Origin: Eledone cirrhosa
Taxonomy: Eukaryota
Length of the DNA: 64,000 nucleotides
Assembly (NCBI GenBank): GCA_964016885.1
Contig: OZ024746.1
Span: 97,216,001-97,280,000 of the forward strand
Direction: 5' to 3'
Made by a program: the position numbers and the translations under genes. A model generated the notes under the pieces. That model did no database searches. It had not been told where the DNA came from and was given only the letters and a program-made list of their open reading frames with translations. This document shows positions 12,322-25,743 of the stretch, one piece after another (positions within the stretch are counted from its first letter, which is position 1; each line of letters opens with the position of its first letter).

Positions 12322-12630
12322 TCATCATCATTTCATTTTACGTCCGTTTTTTTCCCTGCTTGCAAGGGTGGGACGGGAACTGATTCTGGCTTGATTTCTA
12401 CAACTGGATGCCATTCCTAACACCAACCTCATTTACAGTGAGTGCTGGGTGCTTTTTTGCCATGGCACCTGCAGGACCACTTTGCAGTGGAATAATATGG
12501 ACCCCAGTCCCTATCATCTCATTTCTACAGCTGAGTAAACTGGAGCAATGTGAAATAAAGTGTCTTGCTCAAGGAAACAACACATCACCCGGTCTGAGAA
12601 TTGAACTCACAACCTTTCGATTGTAAGGCC
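12322..12630 (-). mobile_element. SINE family A, 5'-truncated
   Basis: Reverse complement of the reference copy, A box missing. Confidence 0.9.
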
Positions 12631-13066
12631 AAAGTGAATTAATATCCATGTGCTTATGATAATATTATATCCACATATATATATATGTGTGTGGGGGTAT
12701 GTGTGTGTGTGTATGTTCGTAATTATGTGTATGTTTATGCATATACGCGCGCGTGTGTGTGATTGTACGGATATGTGTGAGTATGAGAATATGTGTATAC
12801 ACTTATTTCATATTTATGTGTCTATACGCATCTTATCTGTGCATTATAAACTTACAGAGACATTAACCTTGAAATTTTGTATTTGCATGCATCTTTTTGG
12901 CAAGCGTATGCATGTTGAGCATACATTTTTGTATAAATATGAGTACGGGGTAGTTACATGTATATACACACACCGAACTGCATAAAACCTTTTGTATTTT
13001 CATTGGTCAATTTTGTTCCCAAACGGACCTGAAATTTTGAATTGTTGTTATTATCAATAAATATAT

Positions 13067-13220
13067 TTCATTATTTCTGAAGACGGCGTATATATGTGTT
13101 GGTATGTATATTTAATCTTGATAGTTTGTATAATTTTGTATAATTTTATACATAGATCTGTTGAATATGCATGCCAATTCTAACACATATATATCCTAGA
13201 AACGATCGTTAAATAATGAA
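13067..13220 (+). ncRNA. Type-I hammerhead ribozyme motif with about 115-nt stem II
   Basis: TTCATTATTT-CTGAAGA-[long imperfect hairpin tatatatgtgttgg...ctaacacatatata]-GAAA-C-GATC-G-TT-AAATAATGAA. Perfect 10-bp stem I and palindromic loop 3. Confidence 0.75.
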
Positions 13221-13274
13221 CTTTTTTTGTTTAATATAAGGAACTGTTTCATTGTTTTATTCATTATTTGTTTA

Positions 13275-13674
<400 letters not shown>

Positions 13675-16147
13675 TTTCTGAAAAAAGCTTCCAGAGAAGA
13701 AGCTTTGGTTTTTTTCTATCTCAAATTCAATGAAAAGTTCTCAAGAATTATTTTCATCTTATAAAGTATCATCAAAGCAATATAGCCAACAAATTTTTCT
13801 ATGGTTATGTCACTGAAAATAGATGTGACCTGCAGTACTTTCTGGTTGAATTTGTGAGAATAATTGTTTTCAAGTTTTACTTCAATAAATTGCTGTAACT
13901 AACAAACAGTTGCTGAGAATCAAATCATTTTACTAGGCTAAAATATTCAACTTCAATATTCAAAGCACAAATGTAATATGTCCATTCTTATTGCAAAATG
14001 TCTGGCTGTCAGCCTTCAACTAAAATATATCATAATGTACCTGGACTGGAAGTAGCTATAAGAATATATTTTGTATGTGTGTGACAAGCTGTAGATATAT
14101 ATATATATATGTTACTGTTCTACGTCTGATATCAGAGTTATTGAAAGTTTTGACATATATACTGTCTTAGTAACTTTTAGTAACTTATTAAATCATTTCA
14201 ACTAAGATTTCAGTTGAAAGCTATATTGGTTCAGTCTTAGTTTGGAAAAGACAGAATCAAATCATCTTAAATTCTGGAGTTAGGTCAGTACAATAGATAG
14301 GAAATGTATTTCCTACTCGGCAAATCTATTTTGTTTTATAACCAAGCCCATCTTAACAACATTATAAGCCCCTTTGCAAAGCAATGCACTGAGGTTCCTA
14401 TGCATACATTCATAGCATATATAGATTAACAATGGGCCCCTAAATTCGATGAGCTCCCAGGGAACTGCTCATTAGAAGATAGTGAATTTCGGATATGTTG
14501 TTGCTAATGGTTTGAATATATAATATATTTGGAATTTCATCAGTTTTGTAAAAGAATGAATAATGGAGACAAAAATAAAAATAGGACTAGTATTAGAACA
14601 CGATTTTGTTTCTGAAATAATGTTCATTTAAGAACTATTATCTAGTAATTATTTCATATCAAGTGATCAATAGATTTTGATATCAAATGTTTTGAACAAA
14701 AATAAAAACAAAACAACTGATCTCTGTAATTGAAGCCATTTTCTTCAAGTGTTATGAAATATGCAAACAAAAAACAAAAGCAACAAAACATTGGATTTCA
14801 GTGAGAATGTTGGTAAACAATTTTGTACAGATTTCTTAGTAACCAGAAAAGTAGACATTATTTTAGCATTTAAATAATCTGCAATTCAAATAGGATATGT
14901 GTTATCATGCTAGCAAGAAGAATATTTCAATAACATCAATGATATTCTTTTCTAAGAGGATGTAATAAATAGATGAAACAGACAATTATCTAAACTTTGA
15001 GAATATATTAATATTGGCTCAGTGTATAAAAGCAGAGTTATCACTTGAAAAGAAATATTTAAAACATAAAATAATAGAATGTTAAAATCTATATTCGTCA
15101 AAATTCAATTAAGAAATAAAGATAAATAATTCAAATAATAATATTGATTCTTACATGAAAATTGAAAATTAAAGTAAATTGAGACTTAATTTTCTTTTCT
15201 TAATATTTTTTATACCCAAAGAAAAGACTGAGCATACAACTTATTTGACACATCTCTTAATTGAACAAATTTAGAAATTATTTCAAATGTACTTTTCTAA
15301 TAATTAATTGAACAGAGAACCATTTAATTTAATGTATGTTTCACAAAAGTCAACATCATATTGATATTGCCTGGATTATGTTGGCTGCAAGAAGCATATC
15401 TTAAGTGGTTTGGAAAGAACATTTAAATAAATACATTCTATAGTTTGTAGACACACATAATTGAAGGAAATAGCATCTTTAAAACAGCTGTCAATTGTTC
15501 AACGAAAAGCTAACAAAAATAAACAACTAAAATCAATAAGATTTGTTTTAATAAAGCAAAATTTTAATTTACCGTCTAAAAATCTACAATAAGTTACTTT
15601 TTCTAAATAAATTCTACACATTTGTTAAGTGTTCCTGCAAGAAAGAAAGTCTAATTTTAGTTTGAGATAATGAGTATCTATTATAACCATGTCACTGTTG
15701 AAATTTAGCATTCGATTTCTTGAGGCTGTCTGCATCTTGTCAAATAAGTGATTGTTTATTTTTGATATTGATATACATAAAAAATGTTATAGCTCTATTC
15801 TACACGTTAGAAAAGTTTCTTAAATAACATACAGAGACTGCTTCACTAATGGGCGTTTTTCTTTTCCTCACCTGCCAAAACAGCTACTACTCCAGTAACA
15901 TTTTAGAATATATTTCTCTATCTGTTTTCCATCCTTCTGTGCCTTAAATACACACACACATATATATATATATATAATACATATATACATACACACACAC
16001 ATACATATAATGCATATATATACACACACACATACATATAATACATATATACACACACACACATACATATAATACATATATACACACACACACACATAAT
16101 GCATATATACATACACACACACATACATATAATACATATATATACAT

Positions 16148-16204
<57 letters not shown>

Positions 16205-16292
16205 GAAGTTATATTTAATTTGTTGGGATACAACAAGCAAATATTTTTATAACTGATATAAAGCACTCAACAAATTATTGGAGTAAAAATAC

Positions 16293-16640
16293 AATATATT
16301 AACAAATGGAAACTATATTTATTTCATTATACATATTTCAAGGACACCAAAGCAAATTATGGTGCGCTTTCATCAGATAAAATATAATATAGATCAGTTT
16401 TATAAACAAATATTGACATACCCTTAAAGAATGCGACCATATCGGTTGCAAGCTCCCGGGAGCTTCCAACCGATATGGTCGCATTCTTTAAGGGTATGTC
16501 AATATTTGTTTATAAAACTGATCTATATTATATTTTATCTGATGAAAGCGCACCATAATTTGCTTTGGTGTCCTTGAAATATGTATAATGAAATAAATAT
16601 GGTTTTATAAATATAGTTTCCATTTGATAATATATTATAT
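16293..16640. repeat. Near-perfect spacerless palindrome with a hammerhead motif on each arm
   Basis: Axis between 16457 and 16458 (aagctccc|gggagctt). About 143-bp arms with one mismatch, extended past a short indel. CTGATGA at 16539-16545 (+) and 16370-16376 (-). Confidence 0.95.
16528..16597 (+). ncRNA. Hammerhead motif in the right arm of the palindrome (mirror copy on minus, about 16318-16387)
   Basis: CTGATGA-AAG-cGCACCA-taatttgctt-TGGTGTc-CTT-GAAA-TATGTA, then AATAAA. Stem I is weak. Confidence 0.6.
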
Positions 16641-16734
16641 ATATATAGGTAAGTTATTCCAGGTTGAATCGGAGGTAACCACAGTAAGTAAGGTACTCAA
16701 TACATAGCAGAGTATAAAAGTTTTAATATAGATG

Positions 16735-16785
16735 AGATTCTACAGGACTAGAACTGTTTCATTCTTTAGAAATCATCAGGAATCT
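16735..16785 (-). ncRNA. Type-I hammerhead ribozyme motif with intact core
   Basis: Minus strand: AGATTC-CTGATGA-tTTC-taaa-GAAt-GAAA-CAG-ttctagtc-CTG-TA-GAATCT. Confidence 0.8.
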
Positions 16786-17587
16786 GGCTTTCCAAAAATA
16801 AATGTTGTGGTATTTATATCTTTTCAGGTGGTATATATATATTAAAGCTTTCATACATAAAAAGTAGTATGGTAATTTTTTAAAACTACATTTTAAAACT
16901 GTCTCAGTATACATTATTTATGTTGCCATTTTGAATTGATTTTTTTCCATGATAGCTTGAGTGGAATATTTCTTTGTAAATAAATATGGATGTTTTCATT
17001 ATCCTTAAACATTGCAATAAATGTAAAGTAGGAGAGATATCTATGTGAAATCTAACACACTGGCAAGCAGGGAAATTGCTCTTCCAAGATTTAGATTCCT
17101 GACCATGTGGTTAGTAATTCATCATATTACTCATGGTACTTATAAACTGTCAAATAAAAAAGCATTATTTGGTGGCTCAGTTGGTAAGCGTGTTCGAATT
17201 TGTAGCTTCCACTGTCAAGTTGTAAGTTCATTTCCTATCTGGGATTGTAGAATTAATTTTGAAAAGTAGAACCAATTATTTACACACACACAGACCCACA
17301 CACATATTTAAGGAGTATTTGCACCTAGATCATAGAATTTATACAATCTTTTTTTGTTTGTTTTGGTTTTAGCCTTTTGACTGGAGCTATGCTTGTTCAC
17401 TACCTTGAAAGGCTTTAGTAATTTTGTAAATTCTGTAGATCCTAATCCATTGGATGTTTGATACTTATTTCAACAGATATCAACTGTCTTTATAGGGTAA
17501 AGTACATCAAAAATTAGTGCACACAACTAAGTTGAATGATTAAGAAGTGTTATTTACCTTAACCTCAGCTTGACTCAAGTTATGTAG

Positions 17588-17850
17588 CAGGGGCATAACT
17601 AGGGTATGGCAAGCATGGCACCACTTGGAATAGGAGCACATGCTATTAAAGTCATATAAGCCTCGTTGGAGAGTGAAAGAGAAATTCCTTCAGATGTATG
17701 ATCTGTCTCTATCATGGGTGAGAACACTATGGTGGCTGGATCTTTAAACCATTTATATAAATTATTAAGGCCCATAGGTAAAAATACAGTGCTGGGCAGA
17801 GGCACAATTTCACTGCCTGCCATAGGTGCTATTTACCCTAGTTATGCCTG
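17588..17850. mobile_element. MITE, superfamily unassigned
   Basis: TIRs caggggcataactagggta / taccctagttatgcctg. Confidence 0.7.
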
Positions 17851-17852
17851 TA

Positions 17853-18193
17853 GGCACATGGCTTAGTGGTTAGAGCATTGGCCTTGCAATCGAAAGGTTG
17901 TGAGTTCAATTCTCAGACCGGGTGATGTGTTGTTTCCTTGAGCAAGACACTTTATTTCACATTGCTCCAGTTTACTCAGCTGTAGAAATGAGATGATAGG
18001 GACTGGCGTCCCTATCATTCCACTGCAAAGTGGTCGTGGAGGTGCCACGGCAAAAAAGCACGCAGTGCACACTGTAAATGAGGTTGGTGTTAGGAAAGGC
18101 ATCCAGCTGTAGAAATCAAGCCAGAATCAGTTCCCGTCCCACCCTTGCAAGCAGGGAAAAGCGGACGTAAAATGATGATGATGATGATGATGA
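17853..18193 (+). mobile_element. SINE family A (tRNA head, conserved central domain, RTE-like tail ending (TGA)n), reference copy
   Basis: A box tggcttagtgg, B box gagttcaattc, central ccttgagcaagacactt, tail cttgcaagcagggaaaagcggacgtaaaa(tga)n. More than 10 near-identical copies. Confidence 0.92.
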
Positions 18194-20039
18194 TACCTCT
18201 GCTTGAAAGTGAAGTTGGGTAGACAGTAACTGTTTTGAAGCTTTGGATAGACTGTATCTGTATATCAAACTTCCAGTCTTGTTACACACTGAATCTCCTT
18301 GAGAATTATGTTAAAAAAACACCACACGTGTTTGTGGAAAGCTCAACCACTTTCAGGCAGCTACATTCATCAAACTGGAATAATTATTGTTAGTTCCGTC
18401 ATCAATCTTAAATTAGTTTACTGAAAAACTTTGCATAAATAGGTTATACATTTAAATTTTTTTTTTTTTTTTTCAGATGCAAAAATTAAATATGTTAATA
18501 TTTAAACATACAATGCAGTAACTAAATTATGAACTATTTTGCTATTTTTTTAAAATCATCGAGACACTAACTGAAATTTCAATTTAGACTTCTCGTTGAG
18601 ATGTAAAACTCTCATGCAACTCAATTATCTATCTGTTGTCTCTTTTGAGAAATCTTATTTGACAATGTGATGTATAGGTACAGTGATGGCGGTTTGGTTA
18701 ACCTTTAGGAGGCTGATTTTTTTTTATGAATTGCTTCCCTTGACACTGTATTATGTATTAAGGGGAGATTATTCTATCAGCGATTTATGTTGCCATGGCG
18801 CCAAGATGGTGAAGGAGTTTGTTTCAGACCATTTAGTTTCAGATTCAGCTCCACAGTGTAGAACCTTGGGCAAGAGTTTTCTACTACAACCTTAGGCTGA
18901 CAACTGCCTTGTAAATGTAATTTTTAGTAAATAAAAACTATTGAATATATCTATTTAAGTGTATGTGTGTCTGTATTGATGTTTGCTTAATATTTCAACA
19001 AAATGAAACTGAGAAAATAAGTACCAGACTTAAAAAAAAAAACAGTACTGAGGTTAATATGATTGACTAAATGCCTTGAAAATGATGCCCCAGCATGGTC
19101 TCAGTCTAATAGCAGAAACCAGTAAAAGAATAAATATAAATAAGAATATAAAAGAATATCAGAATAACGTATGTTCTAGTGTATGATATAAGACTTTCCA
19201 ATTGCTATTTCTAGAACAGAAAATAGACAACAGTCTTTTCATTGTAAGTTTTATTGGAACTTAGTTGCTTTTTTTTTTAATAAGAAACTAGTTATTCACA
19301 CTGGAAGCATCGATAGTTAAGAAAAAATGTATTATGATGAAAATTAAAAATATATATGCTTTAAAAGAAGTAAAGAATATTTCTCATAATTTTATATTCA
19401 TCAAAAAGTTTGAAATAGTTCTATGTTGTTGCAGATATCTCTACAGCCACAACGGTGTCAGAAAGGTATCATTCAGCTTCAATTATATACTATTATGAAA
19501 AGACAATAAATATAATTTCAGGAGAATTTCAGAATGGAAATAGAAAAATAACCTAATCATTTTACATTTTTGTTTTTCACCAACGACAAATGGCTGGCAC
19601 AATAGAAAATAATAAAATTATTAATAATAATAAAAGTGAAAAGAAATGGTTTGAGTTGCACACATTGTGTCAATGAGAATAGATGAGTGATATATAGAAA
19701 ATAAACCAACAATACTATTTTAACAAACTAGAAAACTAGGCAACACTTGACAATCTCATATATAAAATAAGTAGATGAAAGGAACTGCATTAACTAGAAA
19801 TATATCTTATAACAAGATTACCTTAATAAAATAATCTTGTTTCTAATGGCATCATATATGGAATCAGAACAACTGTAATTTAGCAAGGAAGAAGCTTAAT
19901 TAAACTGTTAATTTGCCAGTCACTGATTAGTCATGGAAATAAATAAAAAGCAATGCTTAGGATCCTAAGTTAGAGAAAATTTTGTAACTTCGTAATTTTA
20001 CAAATGATGATGAATACATTTCCATGTATTCATCTTCAT

Positions 20040-20430
20040 TTGTAGATGGGGTTTCTCCGAAGGGTGTCTGGAGTAACGTTGCTTGATAGAGTGTGTAGCT
20101 TGGAGATGAGAAAGTCCCTCCAGGTAGAGCCACTACTTCTCCGAATTGAGAGATCACAGCTCTGATACTATGGGCATGTGGTAAGAATGTCTCAGGAAGG
20201 AATTACTAGATAGATTTTACAGGCAAAACAAACCGGCAGGAGACCCAGAGGTAAACCCAGAGCAAGATGGTTGGATAACATCCATGAGCTTGGTTGGTCT
20301 TGCTTAAATATCCATCTGAATCAGTTGAAGATGGTTGCTTTTGACAGGACCCGCTGGGAGGAGTGTTTCAGGACTCTGTCCCAACTACCCTCTCAGGAAT
20401 AAGGGGGCGAAGAAGGAGAAGAAGAAGAGG
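20040..20430 (+). mobile_element. RTE-clade LINE 3' fragment
   Basis: VEPLLLRIERSQL*YYGHVVRMSQEG...RRPRGKPRARWLDNI, followed by a (GAA)n-like tail. Confidence 0.8.
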
Positions 20431-20744
20431 AATACATTTAGTATAACTATATACTAAAATATTTATTAGATATTGCATTTTCAAATATAACACGTTATGA
20501 CTCATTTTAAACTGCTGTGGCCTCATATGCCTACACTAGAACATATTTTATGTAACATGTTTGATATTAGCATAGAAGCAATATGTTCTTTTATTGTTCT
20601 TTTGTTATGTTCTGTGCAATATGTTCTTATAACATTATCATGAGTAACCCTTTCATTACCATATTTCTAATTAATCACAGCCACAAATTTTCATATCATT
20701 TTAAAAATAATCAAGAATTTTGAGGAATTTATCAAAATATCTAA

Positions 20745-20916
20745 CATATTTCCTGGCACCGAAGACACTTTGTCCTCCAGGATGCACCCTAATTTTGCTA
20801 ACCAAAAATGTATAAATAATAAAATAATAAACAACCTTCGACATGCAGGATGCATGGTAGATTTTTGAGACTTATTTTAGGAAAAAAGTAGAGTCTTCGA
20901 CGTCGGAAAATACTGT
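20745..20916. mobile_element. Tigger/pogo-like MITE, decayed
   Basis: Right TIR gtcttcgacgtcggaaaatactgta; left end catatttcctggcaccgaagac. Confidence 0.55.
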
Positions 20917-20941
20917 AACTTTCTCATTACTAAGCTGGTAT

Positions 20942-21150
20942 TTAACTCTTTAGCATTTAAACTGGCTGTATCTGGCCAGAACTCTCTCACCTCTTTCTGT
21001 TCAAACCAGCTCCAACCAGCCACTCATACCTACATTAATGTATTGTTCTCAAAATAAATAATATCAAAATCTTATAGATTCGATACTATGTGAGATAAAA
21101 GCCTTTACTGTGAAAATACAATAGTAAATATAGAGTAATGTAAATGTTGT
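20942..21150. mobile_element. TTAA MITE copy, right end decayed
   Basis: ttaactctttagcatttaaactggc ... gtaatgtaaatg. Confidence 0.7.
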
Positions 21151-21517
21151 GGGTTGGCAGAATCTTCAATCATTGGAAAAAATGCTTTGATGTATTTGTC
21201 CCAACACTTTACAATGAGTTTAAATCCTTCTGAGGTCAACTTTACTTTTCATCCTTCTGGCATCTCTCATGTATTGAACTGATATTGAGTGTTATCTAAC
21301 AAGTGTAACTATTTAATTATTTAACAATAGCCAATCATATCACAATCACATGTTTCAAGTGTGTTTGTGGTTTTTGCCTATATATTATGTTTCAGCTAAA
21401 CGGGGGTACACAATTCTATCAAGCAGGTTCAAAGTAGAGTCTGAAGGTTTGAGGAATACACAATTCTTTATTTTGCCATGGAATTACATTCAGTGTTATT
21501 ATTATATAATAACAATA

Positions 21518-21735
21518 GGTGGATTGACAGAATTGGTAGAGTGTTGGACACCATGCTTTGCAGCATAGAGTTGGGGCCCTTTATGGCCTGAATTCAAATC
21601 GCACCAAGGTTAGCTTTGCCTTTCATCCTTATGGGGTCGATAAAATAAAGTACCAGTAATGCACTGGGTCAATTTAATCGACATTTCACTCTTCCTAAAT
21701 TGCTGGCCTTGTGCCTATAGTAGAAATCATTATTA
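21518..21735 (+). mobile_element. SINE family B, longer variant
   Basis: Homologous to the reference copy, with an extra gtcaatttaatcgac segment. Confidence 0.85.
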
Positions 21736-23755
21736 TATACTTGCTCAAGTTTGACAGTTTGACAGTTTATTTTGCTTCATTGTGTTGAAATAGAAATTTG
21801 TAATTTACTGTTCCTTATACAATTATCTACGCACATAAAGAAATAAACAAGACACCGCAACATCAATAAAATAAGATACAAGTTAAACATTAGAGTTGAT
21901 TTAATCAACTTTGTCCTTCTTCCAATTTTGCTGGCCTTACGTATAAATTAAAAAAATTGTTAAGCTGGTGTTTACAAGTTAAATATTCTTACATAAAATT
22001 ATGGAAAGAAAGGTTCTAGATAAATATGAACACCTTAAAATAAGCAGCTTAGTTTTGTAGACCCAGTCACACTTTTAATCAGTTTAGTATTTTTTTAAAG
22101 CAATCCACAAAATTTATCGTAATCCCACACTCTCCAGATCTTAATCCTAGGGTTAGTAAAACTTCCCAGTTTTACTAGTTAAACTACAAACAGCACAGAC
22201 AACAATTAAATTCATCAAAGATAAAATACTTCTATACCATAATGCTGTTCATAATTTGAAACACTGTGTGGATGAGAAATACAAGAACACTTTTATGTTA
22301 TAATACACTTGCTTTTATAGCTTTGTTTCAATAAGAAGAATTTCAGCTGGATATTAACTATATCAAATTACAAGGCAAATAAAAATAATTGAAGTCTTTT
22401 CAACTAAACTATATGTGTATCATCATTATCATGAACAGTCTATATATATCTTCCATCCTGTTATGTATTAGACAGTCAAGACTGTTCAAGTCAGTTCTTA
22501 TTCAAATTTCCTGGGCTCCTAGATGTATCAGAGGGTCACACATAACTCATACATTCTGTTTGGCATCATTTTTACAATTGGATGCCCTTTTTAACACCAA
22601 GCACTTTACAGAGTGTACGGGGCACGTTTTATTCAGTCTAGATGTTAAGTTCTCAGTCTAGATGTTAAGTACTTTGTTAGCAGTCTAAATGTATAGACAC
22701 TTACACTACTAACTCATCAACATCACATATCATCTATATTTTCAACACTTAGATAGGTTAGACTGGTTGTCACATGCTGACCATAGGCTCGACCTCTCAG
22801 GTAACAACATTCTGCTCTTACACACTGATTTTGCTTGGCTTCTATGGCTGAATGAACTTACATCATGTACTAACCCTTCCTAACACTAACCACATTACAG
22901 TGTGTACTGGGAGCATGGTTTCTATAGCTGGAAGTGCTTCCTAACACCAATACTTTACAGTGTGTACTGGAAGCATGCTTTTTATTGCTGGAAGTGCTTC
23001 CTAACACCAATCATTTTACAGCATGTGTTGGGAGAATTTTATTGTCACTCTAGCACTACCATCTTACGGAATTAATTGGGTGCTCCTTGTTGTGGCACAA
23101 GCATTACTAGCCTAAAGGATGGACTGGGTGCTTTTTGTGGCATCAGCGCCATCACCTAACAGGATCAACTGGGTGCATTTTATTGTGGCACCAGCACTAC
23201 CTAAAGGAGTTATTTTACATACAATATGCATAGATCCAGTTAAACATTAACTGAATTAGCACACTATACATGTGAGTTGAGAGTAGGTTTTAGTTTTTGA
23301 AGTTTAAACTTTTGATAGACTTTTCACACTGTAGCTATATAAATTTGAAACTTCGAAGTCACTAACACATATTTCTTTGACACACACATATATATAACTG
23401 CAATTATCCAGTCGCCATCAGCAAGAGTTCACCTGTCAGGTAGCATCTCTTAATAACTACACTCTACTTTCCCAAATATTGAGTACTTAGCTCAACAATG
23501 GTCTTACTAGTCTAAACTGGTCATTTCCAATAATGAAGCAAACAGCACAGTATATTGAAGAAATATATTAGTTTAACGTTTGATATAGAAAGAAAAGAAT
23601 CTTAAGATAGAATGAAAAATAAAAGATGAAATAGAAAGGTAGAGAGTGAGAATAGGAAGGAATAGAAAATAAATTTCTTAGAAAAAAAAAAAATATATAT
23701 AATGCAAGCATTGAACATGGATATTAAACGTTGACGATGATGATGATTATCATTA

Positions 23756-24766
23756 TCTATAAAAGGTAGATTGTTGTGTGTGTGCATGTTCCATGTTTAT
23801 ACATTTGCACAATTTCAAACCGATTCGACTCAAAGTCTGTAAGAATGTTGTAAATGGCTTAACTTAGGTCAAGGACTATTTATTTATTTCAAAATCACCG
23901 ACAATTACGGAAATAATCGATAAAACTAAATACATGACGCTTTACCCCTCTAATACAATCTGATAACCTCTCTCTACTCCCCTTAAAATTCGATAAAACT
24001 ACATACATGCTACAACTTTCTCTTATATACGCTTAAACTTACAAACTTCCTTTAGGAACGCCGAAGAAAGAAGAGAGAGAGAGAGAGAGAGAGAAGGGAG
24101 TGAGAGAGAGAGAAGAGAGTGAAAGAGAGAGAGAGAACGTTTGTTGCTGAGTCGAAACAACAATTATTCAAAAGCAACAGATAAATTTATTCAACAACAA
24201 AAAAAAAATAGCGTTTAATCTTTTTTAAAACATCTCTCAACGAACGTGGAAGAAAAAAGTATCAGTTTATTTACTATACACAATAATATACTCTATGAGG
24301 TCACTAAACCTGCTAGAGACAGCAGCTTACTTTCCCCCATATCACACCCCTCCCTACTGTCTTAAATTTAGAAAACACATATCCTGTGAGGTCACTAAAC
24401 CTGCTAGAAACAGCAGCTAACTCTCCCCCATGTCACACCTCTCCCTACTGTCGTAAATTTAGAAAACACACATTAGACAACCATGCAGAACAACTCCTTC
24501 ACAGCTCTGTTGTTCGGCTGGCATCGTCTACGCGCGTGTTGCGCAAGTACTGTGAAACAATAAATTTCAACACTTCTTTGCACAGAGATAATATCAATAG
24601 GCGAAACTACAATTGTCACTGCTGGCGCAGCTCCTGCTTCGGCAGTCCAGGTCTGCAATTCATTCACCCAGTGCCTGGCAGACAAAAAAGTGCTGCCATA
24701 AAATGGGTGGTGCAACCTAACTTTGGTAACTTACTGACCACGAGCAACGCCAGGTTTTAATGCTAG
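23756..24766 (+). mobile_element. Non-autonomous Helitron-like element
   Basis: Starts A|TC (tctataaaaggtagattgttgtgtg) and ends cgagcaacgccagg-ttttaatg-CTAG|T, i.e. a degenerate subterminal hairpin plus CTAG in an AT target. Contains (GA)n and a 90-bp tandem duplication (24296-24472). Confidence 0.65.
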
Positions 24767-24769
24767 TAT

Positions 24770-25095
<326 letters not shown>

Positions 25096-25148
25096 TATAT
25101 ATATATAAATGAAAAGTGGCGTGCTGTGTTGTTGCATATGAATGATAC

Positions 25149-25269
25149 ATATGAATGAAAAAAAGAGCAAGAAACCAGGACTATCCGTCATCAGTGATCT
25201 TCTGACTATCATCGGTATTTCTTCGCATTACCGATAGTCCTCGTTTCTTGCTCTATTTTTCATTCATAT
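25149..25269. repeat. TA-associated fold-back hairpin
   Basis: atatgaatgaaaaaaagagcaagaaaccaggactatc ... gatagtcctcgtttcttgctctattttttcattcatat. Confidence 0.85.
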
Positions 25270-25673
25270 ATATATATATACATATATAGTGTAGGCAGTA
25301 CGGTGGTGTTCGTACCAAATCAAGTACTCTATGCACATGTAGCGTGTTTGTAATAGAAAAAAAATGAGTAAGTTTTGTTTACATATAAAAGATATTTGTG
25401 TATCGACTTGTTATGCCCGAGGATTGGTTCAAGGTAACCCATAGCAGTTATGGACCCGACTCCACATTCAATCTGCTCTTCAGACAAAAAAAAAATTTTT
25501 CTCACATTGTCACATGGCCACTCTTATGGATTACCTTGAGCCAATCATCTGCGAAATGCACATAACACACACCCATACATATATATATATTAAATAACAG
25601 ATTAAAGTTTAAGCAAAGAATCGCTGTTTTCAACCTTAACAGATTTTAGTCTTCACATTTATTATTATTACTA

Positions 25674-25743
<70 letters not shown>

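Noticed and set aside
17853-17922. tRNA gene
   Set aside because: It has A/B boxes, but it is the head of a multi-copy SINE and has no proper acceptor stem.
22800-23220. Degenerate tandem motif (cttcctaacacc...ttacagtgtgtactggg...gtggcac), also at 61580-61800
   Set aside because: Explained as reiterated sub-repeats of the SINE/RTE tail.
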